This document shows positions 36,974-45,932 of a stretch of DNA of 64,000 nucleotides, piece after piece. Source of the DNA: Rhizobium sp. Q54 (GTDB taxonomy: Bacteria > Pseudomonadota > Alphaproteobacteria > SHVZ01); contig CAMBVS010000008.1 of assembly GCA_945871425.1 (NCBI GenBank), forward strand, positions 18,325 to 82,324, read 5' to 3'. How positions within the stretch are numbered: the first letter of the stretch is position 1; each line of letters starts with the position of its first letter. The notes below the pieces were generated by a model. The model was not told the origin of the DNA and made no database searches. It saw only the letters and a list, made by a program, of their open reading frames with translations. A program made the position numbers and the translations under genes.

Positions 36974-37737
36974 GGCGGCCCAAGCTCCACTTCGCCGCCG
37001 CCAAGACACCCGAGGCCCGAGCCGCCAAGGCGGTGCTCACCCGCCGCTACGGTTCGGTCGCGGCGGCGCAGGCCGACGTCATCGTTGCGCTCGGCGGCGA
37101 CGGTCTGATGCTCGAGACCCTCCACGCCCATCTCGACCGGAAGAAGCCGATCTTCGGCATGAACCGCGGCTCCGTCGGCTTCCTGATGAACGAGTACCGG
37201 GACGACGAGCTGCTGGAGCGCCTGGCCCGGGCGGCGACGGTCAAGGTCAGGCCGCTGCTGATGAAGGCCAAGACCCGGAGCGGCCGGACCCGCACCGCGC
37301 TCGCCATCAACGAGGTCTCCCTGCTGCGCCAGACCCGGCAGACCGCTCATGTCGGCATTAAGGTCGACGGCATCGAGCGGTTGGCCGATCTCGCCTGCGA
37401 CGGCGTCCTGGTCTCGACCCCGGCCGGATCGACGGCCTACAACCTGTCGGCGCACGGCCCGATCGTGCCGCTCGGGGCCGGCGTGCTGGCGCTGACCCCG
37501 ATCTGTGCCTTCCGCCCCCGGCGCTGGCGGGGGGCGCTGGTGCCGCACACGGCCGAAATCGAGCTGACCGTCCTCGACCCGGACAAGCGGCCGGTGAGCG
37601 CCACGGCCGACTTCACCGAGGTCCGAGACGTGGTTTCCGTCGCCATCGCCGAGGACCAGAACCGCGCCTGCCATATGTTGTTTGACCCCGAACACAACCT
37701 CGAGGCCCGGATCCTCAAGGAGCAGTTCACCCCGTAG
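36970..37737 (+). CDS. nadK: NAD kinase
   Basis: GGDGLML and [15 protein letters not shown] motifs. A GTG start overlaps the moaA stop (GTGA). Confidence 0.88.
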   Translation: MRRPKLHFAAAKTPEARAAKAVLTRRYGSVAAAQADVIVALGGDGLMLETLHAHLDRKKPIFGMNRGSVGFLMNEYRDDELLERLARAATVKVRPLLMKAKTRSGRTRTALAINEVSLLRQTRQTAHVGIKVDGIERLADLACDGVLVSTPAGSTAYNLSAHGPIVPLGAGVLALTPICAFRPRRWRGALVPHTAEIELTVLDPDKRPVSATADFTEVRDVVSVAIAEDQNRACHMLFDPEHNLEARILKEQFTP

Positions 37738-37788
37738 TCATTCCAGGCGATTCGAGCCATAATTCCCTTGCGCAAAGGGAGTTGGGCC

Positions 37789-39030
37789 ATGCTGTTCGCC
37801 TCGCTCTTCCGCCACGCGGTCCGCCGTGGCGACTTCACGGTGATCGACGCCTTCGGCCGCCGCCACCGCTTCGGCGGCCCGCCGGGGCCGCGATCGGTCA
37901 TCCGGCTGCATAGCCCGAAGCTGCACCGACAGCTGTTCACCAATCCCTGGCTCAAGGTCGGCGAAGCCTTCATGGACGGCACGCTCACCTGCGAGGAAGA
38001 GACCACGGTCTACGACCTGGTCGACCTCGGGATGACCAACCAGGCGGGACTCGACAGCCATCCCTGGTTGACCGCGCTCAACGGGCTCAACAAGTCGATC
38101 CGCCGGATCAACCAGTACAACCCGGCCGGGCGCGCGCAGAAGAACGTCGCCCACCACTACGACCTCGACCGGCATCTGTTCGCGCTCTTCCTCGACCCCA
38201 GCCTCCAGTACTCCTGTGCCTATTTCGAGTATCCCGGCCAGTCGCTGGCCGATGCCCAGAAAGCCAAGCTCCGGCACATCGCCGCCAAGCTCCGCCTGGC
38301 CCCGGGGCAGCGGGTGCTCGACATCGGCTCGGGCTGGGGCGGGCTCGGGCTCTACCTGGCCCAGGTCGCCGATGTCGAGGTCCTGGGCGTGACCTTGTCG
38401 AGCGAACAGCTGGCGCTCGCGCGCGAGCGGGCCGAACGCGCCGGCCTCACCCATCGTGTGCGCTTCGAGCTGATGGACTATCGCGAGCTCGACCGGCGCT
38501 TCGACCGCATCGTCTCGGTCGGCATGTTCGAACATGTCGGGGTCATCCACTACCCGGCATTCTTCGCCAAGGTAGCCTCGCTGCTCGAACCCGACGGCGT
38601 CGCCCTCCTGCACTCGATCGGCCGGCGGGACGGACCGGGATTCACCAACCCGTGGATCCGCAAATACATCTTCCCGGGCGGATACAGCCCGGCGCTCTCG
38701 GAGGTGCTGCCCCCGGTCGAGCGCTCCGGCCTCGCTGTGACCGACATCGAAGTGTTGAGGCTGCACTATGCCGAGACCTTGAAGGCCTGGCGCGAGAACG
38801 TGTACGCAAACCGGGACGAGATCCGCGCGCTCTACGACGAACGCTTCCTGCGCATGTGGGAGTTTTACCTGGTCGCGAGCGAGCTTACCTTCCGCCATGG
38901 CTTCAACATGGTCTTCCAGATGCAGCTCGCCCACGACATTGCCGCGGTCCCGCTCACGCGCGACTACATCGACGAGTCGAAGAGGGACCAAAAGACCAGG
39001 ACCTCGCCGCGCCTGAAGGCCGCGTCGTAG
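37789..39030 (+). CDS. cfa: Cyclopropane-fatty-acyl-phospholipid synthase-family methyltransferase
   Basis: VLDIGSGWGGL SAM motif, FEHVG, and the YSCAYF region. ATG 37789 follows an AAGGGAG SD. Confidence 0.88.
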   Translation: MLFASLFRHAVRRGDFTVIDAFGRRHRFGGPPGPRSVIRLHSPKLHRQLFTNPWLKVGEAFMDGTLTCEEETTVYDLVDLGMTNQAGLDSHPWLTALNGLNKSIRRINQYNPAGRAQKNVAHHYDLDRHLFALFLDPSLQYSCAYFEYPGQSLADAQKAKLRHIAAKLRLAPGQRVLDIGSGWGGLGLYLAQVADVEVLGVTLSSEQLALARERAERAGLTHRVRFELMDYRELDRRFDRIVSVGMFEHVGVIHYPAFFAKVASLLEPDGVALLHSIGRRDGPGFTNPWIRKYIFPGGYSPALSEVLPPVERSGLAVTDIEVLRLHYAETLKAWRENVYANRDEIRALYDERFLRMWEFYLVASELTFRHGFNMVFQMQLAHDIAAVPLTRDYIDESKRDQKTRTSPRLKAAS

Positions 39031-39323
39031 GACACCGCCACAGAACGAACGAAACAGGGAGACGACGGCGTTCGTGTCCTCGGTGAAGGCGCCGGCGGGC
39101 CGTTGACGGGCCATGTCATCGGCGAGGCCTCCCAGACCTCGGCCCGGCAGGCGGTCGTCGGGCTCGCGGCCGCGGTTCACGCGGCGGGCCGGCCGGAACG
39201 TGTGGTCGCCGGCATCACCGGCCTCTCCACCGGCTCGGAGACCGCTACCCTCCTCGCCTCGTGGCTGGCGAGGAGCTGGGCCGCCTCGCCGCCGAGGGCG
39301 CACGGGCGTAGACTTGCCGGGCC

Positions 39324-39713
39324 GTGACCTTCCTCAAGTCCATATTCGCGGGCCTCGTGGTCCTTGCCCTGGCGATGCTGGCGAAGCCGCTGCTGGTGCG
39401 CGCGCTGCAGTTGAACGCCGCCGGCGGGACGACACCACCCCTCCCGCCCCCGAGATCACGAACCACGGCCGGCCTTCCCGCGTTCGGGCCGGGGGCCATG
39501 CCTCGTAACGATTCGGCAGCGCCGCAAGGGCGCCGCCTGCCACCCCCCGACGAGCCCCAAGACATGCTGGATGCGGTGATCAACGTCCGGCGCATCGAAG
39601 GGCGAATCAACGCGGCAACGACCAAGCGGGTGGCGGAGCTGCTGCAGCGCCATCCCGACCTCGCCGCCCAGGCCATGCGCCGCTGGCTGGCCCAGCGAGG
39701 CGACTCTCGTTAG
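39324..39713 (+). CDS. Hypothetical membrane-anchored protein
   Basis: GTG start, N-terminal TM (IFAGLVVLALAMLA), a Pro-rich linker and a helical C-terminus. GC3 is high. No family was recognised. Confidence 0.45.
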   Translation: MTFLKSIFAGLVVLALAMLAKPLLVRALQLNAAGGTTPPLPPPRSRTTAGLPAFGPGAMPRNDSAAPQGRRLPPPDEPQDMLDAVINVRRIEGRINAATTKRVAELLQRHPDLAAQAMRRWLAQRGDSR

Positions 39714-39725
39714 AGTGCGCGCCCG

Positions 39726-40145
39726 ATGCTCGGCATAAAGCACAAGAAAAAGTCTCCAGAGGAGCAGGCGAAGGAGATCGTCGAGCGCCTGCGCGAGGCG
39801 ATCGAGAATCCCGACAGGGAGAAGCTCGAGATCGGCCAGACCGGGATGTATCTCAGCGACTGGCAGAAGATGGCCCGCGACGAGATCGCCTCGGCCATCC
39901 GCAAGACGCAGATGACCACCTCGATCAAGGAGTCGATGAAGGCCTCCCGCATCGCCAAGCAGATGGTGCGGGCCGGCTTCATGATCCTGTCGTCGACCTT
40001 CGCCTTCCTGTCGTTCTGGGGTGGCGTCGTCTTCGTCGGCCAGACCTACGGCTGGACCTGGGGGACGCTGGCCGGCCTCTCCGCCGCCGGCCTCGCCGTC
40101 ACCTTCATGGTGCTGGGCATGACGCTGAAAGATCCGGACGCGTGA
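39726..40145 (+). CDS. Hypothetical membrane protein
   Basis: A charged N-terminal half is followed by two TM helices. The stop overlaps the GTG start of the next gene (GTGA). Confidence 0.5.
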   Translation: MLGIKHKKKSPEEQAKEIVERLREAIENPDREKLEIGQTGMYLSDWQKMARDEIASAIRKTQMTTSIKESMKASRIAKQMVRAGFMILSSTFAFLSFWGGVVFVGQTYGWTWGTLAGLSAAGLAVTFMVLGMTLKDPDA

Positions 40146-41143
40146 CTCGCCTCCGGCCCGGCCCCCGCAACCTGATCACCGACGTCGACGGCATCCGCGT
40201 CGGCAATGCGGTCGACCTCAAGGCCTGGAGCGGCACCACCGTCGTCGTCCCCGACGAGCGGGCGACGGCGGGGGTCGAGGTACGCGGCGGCGCTCCCGGA
40301 ACCCGCGACATCAACGCGCTCGATCCCTCCTGCCGGGTCGACGCCATCGACGCCATCGTGCTCTCCGGCGGCTCGATGTTCGGCATCGACGCCGCCGCCG
40401 GCGTCACCAACGCGCTGGCGGCGGCCGGCCGTGGCTACAAGATCAATACGGCGGTGGTCCCGATCGTGCCGGCCGCCATCCTGTTCGACCTGGTGAACGG
40501 CGGCGACAAGTCCTGGGGCGAGGATCCGCCCTATCGCCGGCTCGGCGCCGAGGCGGCTCGCGCCCTCACCCGCGACTTCCCGCTCGGCAATGTCGGCGCG
40601 GGGTTCGGCGCCAAGGCCGGACGGTTGAAGGGCGGCCTCGGATCGGCGTCCCTGGTCACCGCAAACGGGATCCAGGTCGGCGCGCTGGTCGCGGTCAACG
40701 CCTGGGGCGAGACGGTGATGCCGGACTCGCGCCACTTCTGGGCCTGGCCGTTCGAGCAGGACGGCGAGTTCGGCGGCCTCGGTCCGCCGCAGGCATCGGG
40801 ATCGCTCGACCTGGCGATGCCGATGCCCCCGGGCCTGCCCTCCCCGGCCGCCAACACCACCATCGCCATCGTCGCCACCAACGTCGCCCTCGACAAGGGC
40901 GAGGCGAGGCGCGTCGCGCTGATGGCCGATGACGGGCTCTCGCGCTCGATCCGCCCCGTCCACACCCCCTTCGACGGCGACACGGTCTTCGCGCTCTCGA
41001 CGGGCCGGCGGAAGATCGAGGATCTCGCCATGCTGACCCTGGTCGGCCACATGGCGGCCGACTGCCTCGCGCGCGCGGTTGCCCGCGGCGTCTACCACGC
41101 CGAGACGCTCGGCCGCTTCCGGGGGTGGAAAAGCCTGGGCTAG
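40142..41143 (+). CDS. P1/S58-family peptidase (DmpA-like L-aminopeptidase)
   Basis: NLITDVDGIRVGN and GTTVVV...GGAPGTR motifs; 333 aa. Confidence 0.85.
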   Translation: MTRLRPGPRNLITDVDGIRVGNAVDLKAWSGTTVVVPDERATAGVEVRGGAPGTRDINALDPSCRVDAIDAIVLSGGSMFGIDAAAGVTNALAAAGRGYKINTAVVPIVPAAILFDLVNGGDKSWGEDPPYRRLGAEAARALTRDFPLGNVGAGFGAKAGRLKGGLGSASLVTANGIQVGALVAVNAWGETVMPDSRHFWAWPFEQDGEFGGLGPPQASGSLDLAMPMPPGLPSPAANTTIAIVATNVALDKGEARRVALMADDGLSRSIRPVHTPFDGDTVFALSTGRRKIEDLAMLTLVGHMAADCLARAVARGVYHAETLGRFRGWKSLG

Positions 41144-41230
41144 CGCCCCCAGCCCCCTTGCCAAGTCAGCGCGCGATGGGCGAGCATCCTCGATCGATAT
41201 CGGCGTTTCCCGGGGAGGATACGGATCGTC

Positions 41231-42715
41231 ATGCGCAAGCTCACGCTGTTCACCGCCGCGCTCGCGGCCGGTGCGTTCGCCGCCACCGGCGCCTACGCCC
41301 AGAAGGACTCGATCACGCTCAGCATGGCGCTCGAGCCGCCGCACCTCGACCCGGTCCTGAGCCCGGCCGCCGCGATCAAGGAGATCCTCTACACCAACAT
41401 CTACGAGGGCCTGACCCGGCTCGACCGCAAGAGCCTGGTGCAGCCGGGCCTGGCGACCGAGTGGACGCTCTCGGCTGACGGCCTCGTCTACACCTTCAAG
41501 CTTCGCCGCGGCGTCAAGTTCCACGACGGCACCGAGCTGACCTCGGCCGCCGTCGCCCAGTCGCTGGCGCGCACCACCTCGGCCGAGAGCGCCAATCCGA
41601 AGAAGTCGATGCTGACCGACAACGGCATGGAGGTAACGACGCCCGATCCGGGCACCGTCGTCATCCGCCTGAAGAAACCGGTCGGCCTCGTCCCCTACCT
41701 GGTCGGCATGGGCGAAGCCGTCGTGGTGGCGCCGGGCGCCATCGCCGACGCCAAGGCCAAGCCGGTCGGCACCGGCCCGTTCAAGTTCGTCCGCTGGAAC
41801 AAGGGCGACCGGCTCGAGATCGAGAAGAACCCCGACCATTGGAACGCCGCCAACATCAAGCTGAACAAGGCGACCTTCCGCTTCATCCCTGACGCGGCCG
41901 CGACGGTCGCGGCGCTCCTGGCTGGCGACATCGACGCCTCGCCCAACACCGGCGCCGGCGACGCGCTGGATCGCCTCAAGGCCGATCCCAAGCTCAAGGT
42001 CGTGGTCGGCAACACCGAGGGCGAGACCATCCTCGCCATGAACAACAAGAAGGCGCCGCTCGACGACGTTCGCGTACGCCGCGCCATCAGCCATGCGATC
42101 GACCGGAAGGCGATCATCATCGGAGCCGCTGGCGGCACCGCGACGCCGATCGGAACGCATTTCTCGCCGAACCACCCGGCCTATGTCGACCTGACGGGCA
42201 TGTATCCTTTTGACCCGGCGAAGGCCAAGGCGCTGCTGGCCGAAGCCGGCAAAACCAATCTGACGCTTTCGCTCCGCCTGCCGCCGCCGGCCTATGCCCA
42301 GCGTGGCGGCGAGCTGATCGCCGCCATGCTGGAGCAGGTCGGCGTCAAGGCGCAGATCGAACAGCTTCAGTTCCCGCAGTGGCTCGAGCAGGTGTTCAAG
42401 AACAAGCAGTACGACCTGACCATCATCAGCCACACCGAGCCGCTCGACATCAACATCTACGCCGACCCCAACTACTACTTCCAGTACGGCAAGCCCGAGT
42501 TCAAGGCGCTGATCGACCTGACGGTGTCCGCGGGCACGGACGAGATCCGCAACAAGGCCTTCGGCGACGCTCAGCGCATGCTGGCGACCGACGCGGTCAA
42601 CGGCTTCCTGTTCATGCTGCCGAAGACCGGCGTGTGGAATGCGAAGATCCAGGGCCTGTGGGAGAACAGCCCGGTCCAGGCCAACGACTTGACCGAAGTC
42701 CGCTGGGTCAACTGA
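41231..42715 (+). CDS. ABC transporter substrate-binding protein, family 5 (peptide/nickel, DppA-like)
   Basis: Signal peptide, GTGPFKFVRWNKGDRLEIEKN, 494 aa. Confidence 0.9.
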   Translation: MRKLTLFTAALAAGAFAATGAYAQKDSITLSMALEPPHLDPVLSPAAAIKEILYTNIYEGLTRLDRKSLVQPGLATEWTLSADGLVYTFKLRRGVKFHDGTELTSAAVAQSLARTTSAESANPKKSMLTDNGMEVTTPDPGTVVIRLKKPVGLVPYLVGMGEAVVVAPGAIADAKAKPVGTGPFKFVRWNKGDRLEIEKNPDHWNAANIKLNKATFRFIPDAAATVAALLAGDIDASPNTGAGDALDRLKADPKLKVVVGNTEGETILAMNNKKAPLDDVRVRRAISHAIDRKAIIIGAAGGTATPIGTHFSPNHPAYVDLTGMYPFDPAKAKALLAEAGKTNLTLSLRLPPPAYAQRGGELIAAMLEQVGVKAQIEQLQFPQWLEQVFKNKQYDLTIISHTEPLDINIYADPNYYFQYGKPEFKALIDLTVSAGTDEIRNKAFGDAQRMLATDAVNGFLFMLPKTGVWNAKIQGLWENSPVQANDLTEVRWVN

Positions 42716-42792
42716 CGAGCTGTCGACTGTCACGGCGGCGCAACCAACCTCTGGCAAGATGCGCCGCCGTTCTATTTTGAGGAGCTCTGAAG

Positions 42793-44274
42793 ATGCGTGT
42801 TTTCGCTGCCCCCGTGGTCCTCGCCCTCGTTCTCGCCGCGACCTCCGCCTTCGCCGCCAAGGACACCATCGTCCTCGGCATGCAGGACGAGCCGCCGGTG
42901 CTCGACCCGACGCAGAACGCCGCCGCCGCGATCGACGTCATCTTCAGCGTCAACGTCTATGAGAGCCTGACGCGGATCGGAGAGGACGGCACCGTCAAGC
43001 CGGGCCTCGCCACCTCATGGACCGTCGCGGAGGACGGCAAGGCCTATACCTTCAAGCTGCCGAAGGGCGTCGTCTTCGACAATGGCGAGAAGCTGACCTC
43101 GGAGACGGTGAAGTGGTCCTTCGAGCGGGCCGGCGCCGCCAACTCGACCAACCCGACCAAGCGGCATTTCGGCGCCATCGCGGCGATCGAGACGCCCGAC
43201 CCCGAGACCGTGGTGCTGCGCCTGAAGCAGCCTTCCAGCCTCTTCCTTTCCTACATGGCGTCGGGAGGTGCCGCGATCTTCGATCCGAAGTCGGCGGAGG
43301 GAAACAAGAGTAACCCGGTCGGCACCGGTCCCTACAAGTTCAAGCAATGGGTCAAGGGCGACCGCGTCGTGCTGGAGAAGTCGCCGACCTACCGCGACCA
43401 GTCGAAGGCGACGATCCGCCAGGCGACCTTCAAGTTCGTGCCGGACGCGGCCGCCCAGGTGCCGGCGCTGCTCGCCGGCGACATCGACGCCTTCGGCACG
43501 ATCGGCGCGACCGAGACCCTGGATCGCTTCAAGGCCGATCCCCGCTTCCAGGTGATCATCGGCTCGACCGAGGGCGAGGTGCCGCTGATCCTCAACAACA
43601 ACAAGAAGCCCTTCGACGACATCCGCGTCCGCCGCGCGGTCAACCACGCGATCGAGCGGAAGTCGATCATCGACGGCGCCACTTCCGGCTACGGCCTGCC
43701 CATCGGCAGCCACTTCCCGCCGCATCACCCCTGGTACGTCGACCTGACCAACCGCTACCCGCACGATATCGCCAAGGCGAAGGAGCTGCTGAAGGAAGCG
43801 GGATATCCGAACGGCATCGAGATCAACATCAAGCCGCCGCCCTTCGCCTATGCCCGGCGCTCGGCCGAGATCGTCGCCGCCCAGCTTTCCGAGGCCGGCA
43901 TCCGGGTCAAGATCGAACCGGTGGAGTGGGCGCAGTGGCTCGACGTGGTTTACAAGCAGAAGAACTACGACATGACCGTGGTCGCCCACGTGTCGCCCTG
44001 GGACCAGGACAACTACACGCGCGGCCTCGACTACTATTACGGCTATAAGAGCGACGCGATGGACGCGCTGATGAAGGCGGCCCTGGTCGAGAGCGACGAG
44101 GCCAAGCGGAAGGGCCTCTACGAGCAGATCCAGCGGAAGATCGCCGACGACGCCGTCCACGCCTTCATGTTCCAGCTGCCCAGGACCGGCGTCTATGCCG
44201 CCAAGCTCCGGGGCTTCTGGAAGAGCGCGCCGGTCTCCGTCACCGATCTGGCGGCCTTGCGCTGGGTGGACTAA
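42793..44274 (+). CDS. ABC transporter substrate-binding protein, family 5 (second paralog)
   Basis: Signal peptide, GTGPYKFKQWVKGDRVVLEKS, 493 aa. It is collinear with the preceding SBP. Confidence 0.9.
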   Translation: MRVFAAPVVLALVLAATSAFAAKDTIVLGMQDEPPVLDPTQNAAAAIDVIFSVNVYESLTRIGEDGTVKPGLATSWTVAEDGKAYTFKLPKGVVFDNGEKLTSETVKWSFERAGAANSTNPTKRHFGAIAAIETPDPETVVLRLKQPSSLFLSYMASGGAAIFDPKSAEGNKSNPVGTGPYKFKQWVKGDRVVLEKSPTYRDQSKATIRQATFKFVPDAAAQVPALLAGDIDAFGTIGATETLDRFKADPRFQVIIGSTEGEVPLILNNNKKPFDDIRVRRAVNHAIERKSIIDGATSGYGLPIGSHFPPHHPWYVDLTNRYPHDIAKAKELLKEAGYPNGIEINIKPPPFAYARRSAEIVAAQLSEAGIRVKIEPVEWAQWLDVVYKQKNYDMTVVAHVSPWDQDNYTRGLDYYYGYKSDAMDALMKAALVESDEAKRKGLYEQIQRKIADDAVHAFMFQLPRTGVYAAKLRGFWKSAPVSVTDLAALRWVD

Positions 44275-44289
44275 CTCCGGGGCCCCTAG

Positions 44290-45932
44290 CCCGGATATCT
44301 CACACTGGTAGGTGCATCGGGGATTCGAATCTGAGAAAGTTGTTTTGCAAAGAACGACTTGTCAGATGTCGAAGGAGTTCCCCGATGCAGACGGAGTGTA
44401 ATTCGGATCTGTTCGAGTTTGCACCTGTAGAAAGACGGCCTGTGGTGGCCTCGTTCGACGGTGGCTCGATCACCACGGACGCCGGCGGCCTGCTGCTGGG
44501 AGCGACGGACCGGACGATCGGCTTGATTGATCGGTTCGCGGGTTGCTTTGTGGATCGGCGTAATCCGGCACTGATCGAGCATGAGGTTCGCACACTGGTA
44601 GGCCAGCGTGTGTACGGGCTGGCGCTGGGCTACGAGGACCTCAACGACCACGACCACCTTCGGCGCGATCGGCTGTTTGCGGTGCTGGCGGGCAAGCTTT
44701 CGGCGCGGCGGCAGGATTGCGCGCCGGTTGCGGGCAAGAGCACGCTGAACCGGCTGGAGCTGAGCCGAGCTGAGGCGACGCGCTACCACAAGATCAGCCA
44801 CGATCCGGCGGCGATCGAGCGTCTGTTCGTGGAGCTGTTCGTGGAAGCGCACAAGCGGCCGCCGGCGCAGGTGGTGCTCGATCTGGATGCGACGGACGAC
44901 CCTCTGCACGGCCATCAGGAGGGCCGGTTCTTCCACGGCTACTACGACGGCTACTGCTACCTGCCGCTCTACGTCTTCTGCGGCCGGCACCTGCTTGCGG
45001 CCAAGCTGCGGCGTGCCGACATCGACGCTTCGGCGGGATCGGTCGAGGAGGTTGAGCGGATCGTCGAGCAACTGCGGGCGCATTGGCCGCGGGTTCGCAT
45101 CCTGCTGCGGGCCGATTCGGGCTTTGCTCGCGATAGGCTCATGGCTTGGTGCGAGGCCAACGACGTCGACTACGTGTTCGGGCTGGCACGCAACGAGCGG
45201 TTGGCCGCCGAGATCGAGGCCGAGCTGGCGGCGGCCCAGGCTCAGAGCCGTCGGACGGGCCGGCCGGCCCGGCGCTTCAAGGACTTCCAGTGGACGACGC
45301 GCGAGAGCTGGAGCCGCCGCCGGCGGGTGATCGCCAAGGCGGAATGGACCCGGGGCGAGGCCAACCCGCGGTTCGTCGTCACCTCGCTGCGCCGCGACGA
45401 GGTCAAGGCGCGCGCCCTCTACGAAAAGATCTACTGCGCGCGCGGCGACATGGAAAACCGCATCAAGGAGTGCCAGGCCGACATGTTCTCCGACCGAACC
45501 GCGAGCGCCACCATGCGCGCCAATCAGCTCCGGCTGTGGTGCGCCTCGATGGCCTACGTCCTGCTCTGCGCGCTCCGCCGCATCGGGCTCAGGCACACCC
45601 GCTTCGCCAAGGCGAGCTGCGGCTCCATCCGCCTCGCCCTGCTCAAGATCGGCGCTCTCGTCACCATCAGTTGCCGCCGCGTCAAGTTCGCCATGGCCTC
45701 GGGCTGTCCCTGGCGGGACGACTTCAGAACCGCCCACGCCCGGCTAACTGCCGCAGCCCGCTGACGAACCAGACACCGCTTAGTCAACATACTTCCATCA
45801 AATGCCGCGGCCAGCGGCCGAGGACGCTTGTCCAGATTCTCCAACTCGAAGCCCAGAGCCGCCTCTGCGACTACTCTTGCTCTACCCTCAGGCTCTCAAC
45901 TCACATTCAGTCGGTCGTGTGAGAAATCCGGG
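44290..45932 (+). mobile_element. IS1380-family insertion sequence (1643 bp) with a 4-bp CTAG target duplication
   Basis: The terminal inverted repeats are CCCGGATATCTCACAC (44290..) and CCCGGATTTCTCACAC (reverse complement, ending at 45932), matching at 15 of 16 positions. CTAG is present at 44286..44289 and 45933..45936. Confidence 0.85.
44385..45764 (+). CDS. IS1380-family DDE transposase
   Basis: FDGGSITTDAGGLLL, GYEDLNDHDHLRRD and STLNRLE motifs. The start is set at ATG 44385. Confidence 0.88.
   Translation: MQTECNSDLFEFAPVERRPVVASFDGGSITTDAGGLLLGATDRTIGLIDRFAGCFVDRRNPALIEHEVRTLVGQRVYGLALGYEDLNDHDHLRRDRLFAVLAGKLSARRQDCAPVAGKSTLNRLELSRAEATRYHKISHDPAAIERLFVELFVEAHKRPPAQVVLDLDATDDPLHGHQEGRFFHGYYDGYCYLPLYVFCGRHLLAAKLRRADIDASAGSVEEVERIVEQLRAHWPRVRILLRADSGFARDRLMAWCEANDVDYVFGLARNERLAAEIEAELAAAQAQSRRTGRPARRFKDFQWTTRESWSRRRRVIAKAEWTRGEANPRFVVTSLRRDEVKARALYEKIYCARGDMENRIKECQADMFSDRTASATMRANQLRLWCASMAYVLLCALRRIGLRHTRFAKASCGSIRLALLKIGALVTISCRRVKFAMASGCPWRDDFRTAHARLTAAAR

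Noticed and set aside
39103-39327. 74-aa plus-strand ORF in the cfa-downstream spacer (…RVVAGITGLSTGSETATLLASW…), faintly reminiscent of a sugar-kinase or BadF-type ATPase fragment
   Set aside because: It is too short, has no SD, and the similarity is only impressionistic. At most it could be a pseudogene fragment. A blastx search would decide.
40046-42757. 903-aa minus-strand ORF antisense to dmpA and the first SBP gene
   Set aside because: It is a low-complexity Arg/Gly/Asp/Ala-rich translation antisense to two genes with clear family signatures. It is an artefact of G+C content. The same reasoning applies to 21420..23279, 25351..27072, 13731..14957, 5262..6626, 18764..20065, 44286..45737 and other long antisense or off-frame ORFs.
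44300-44340. tRNA-like T-arm sequence (GGGGATTCGAATC)
   Set aside because: It lies inside the left end of the IS1380 element. No acceptor, D or anticodon arms can be drawn around it.
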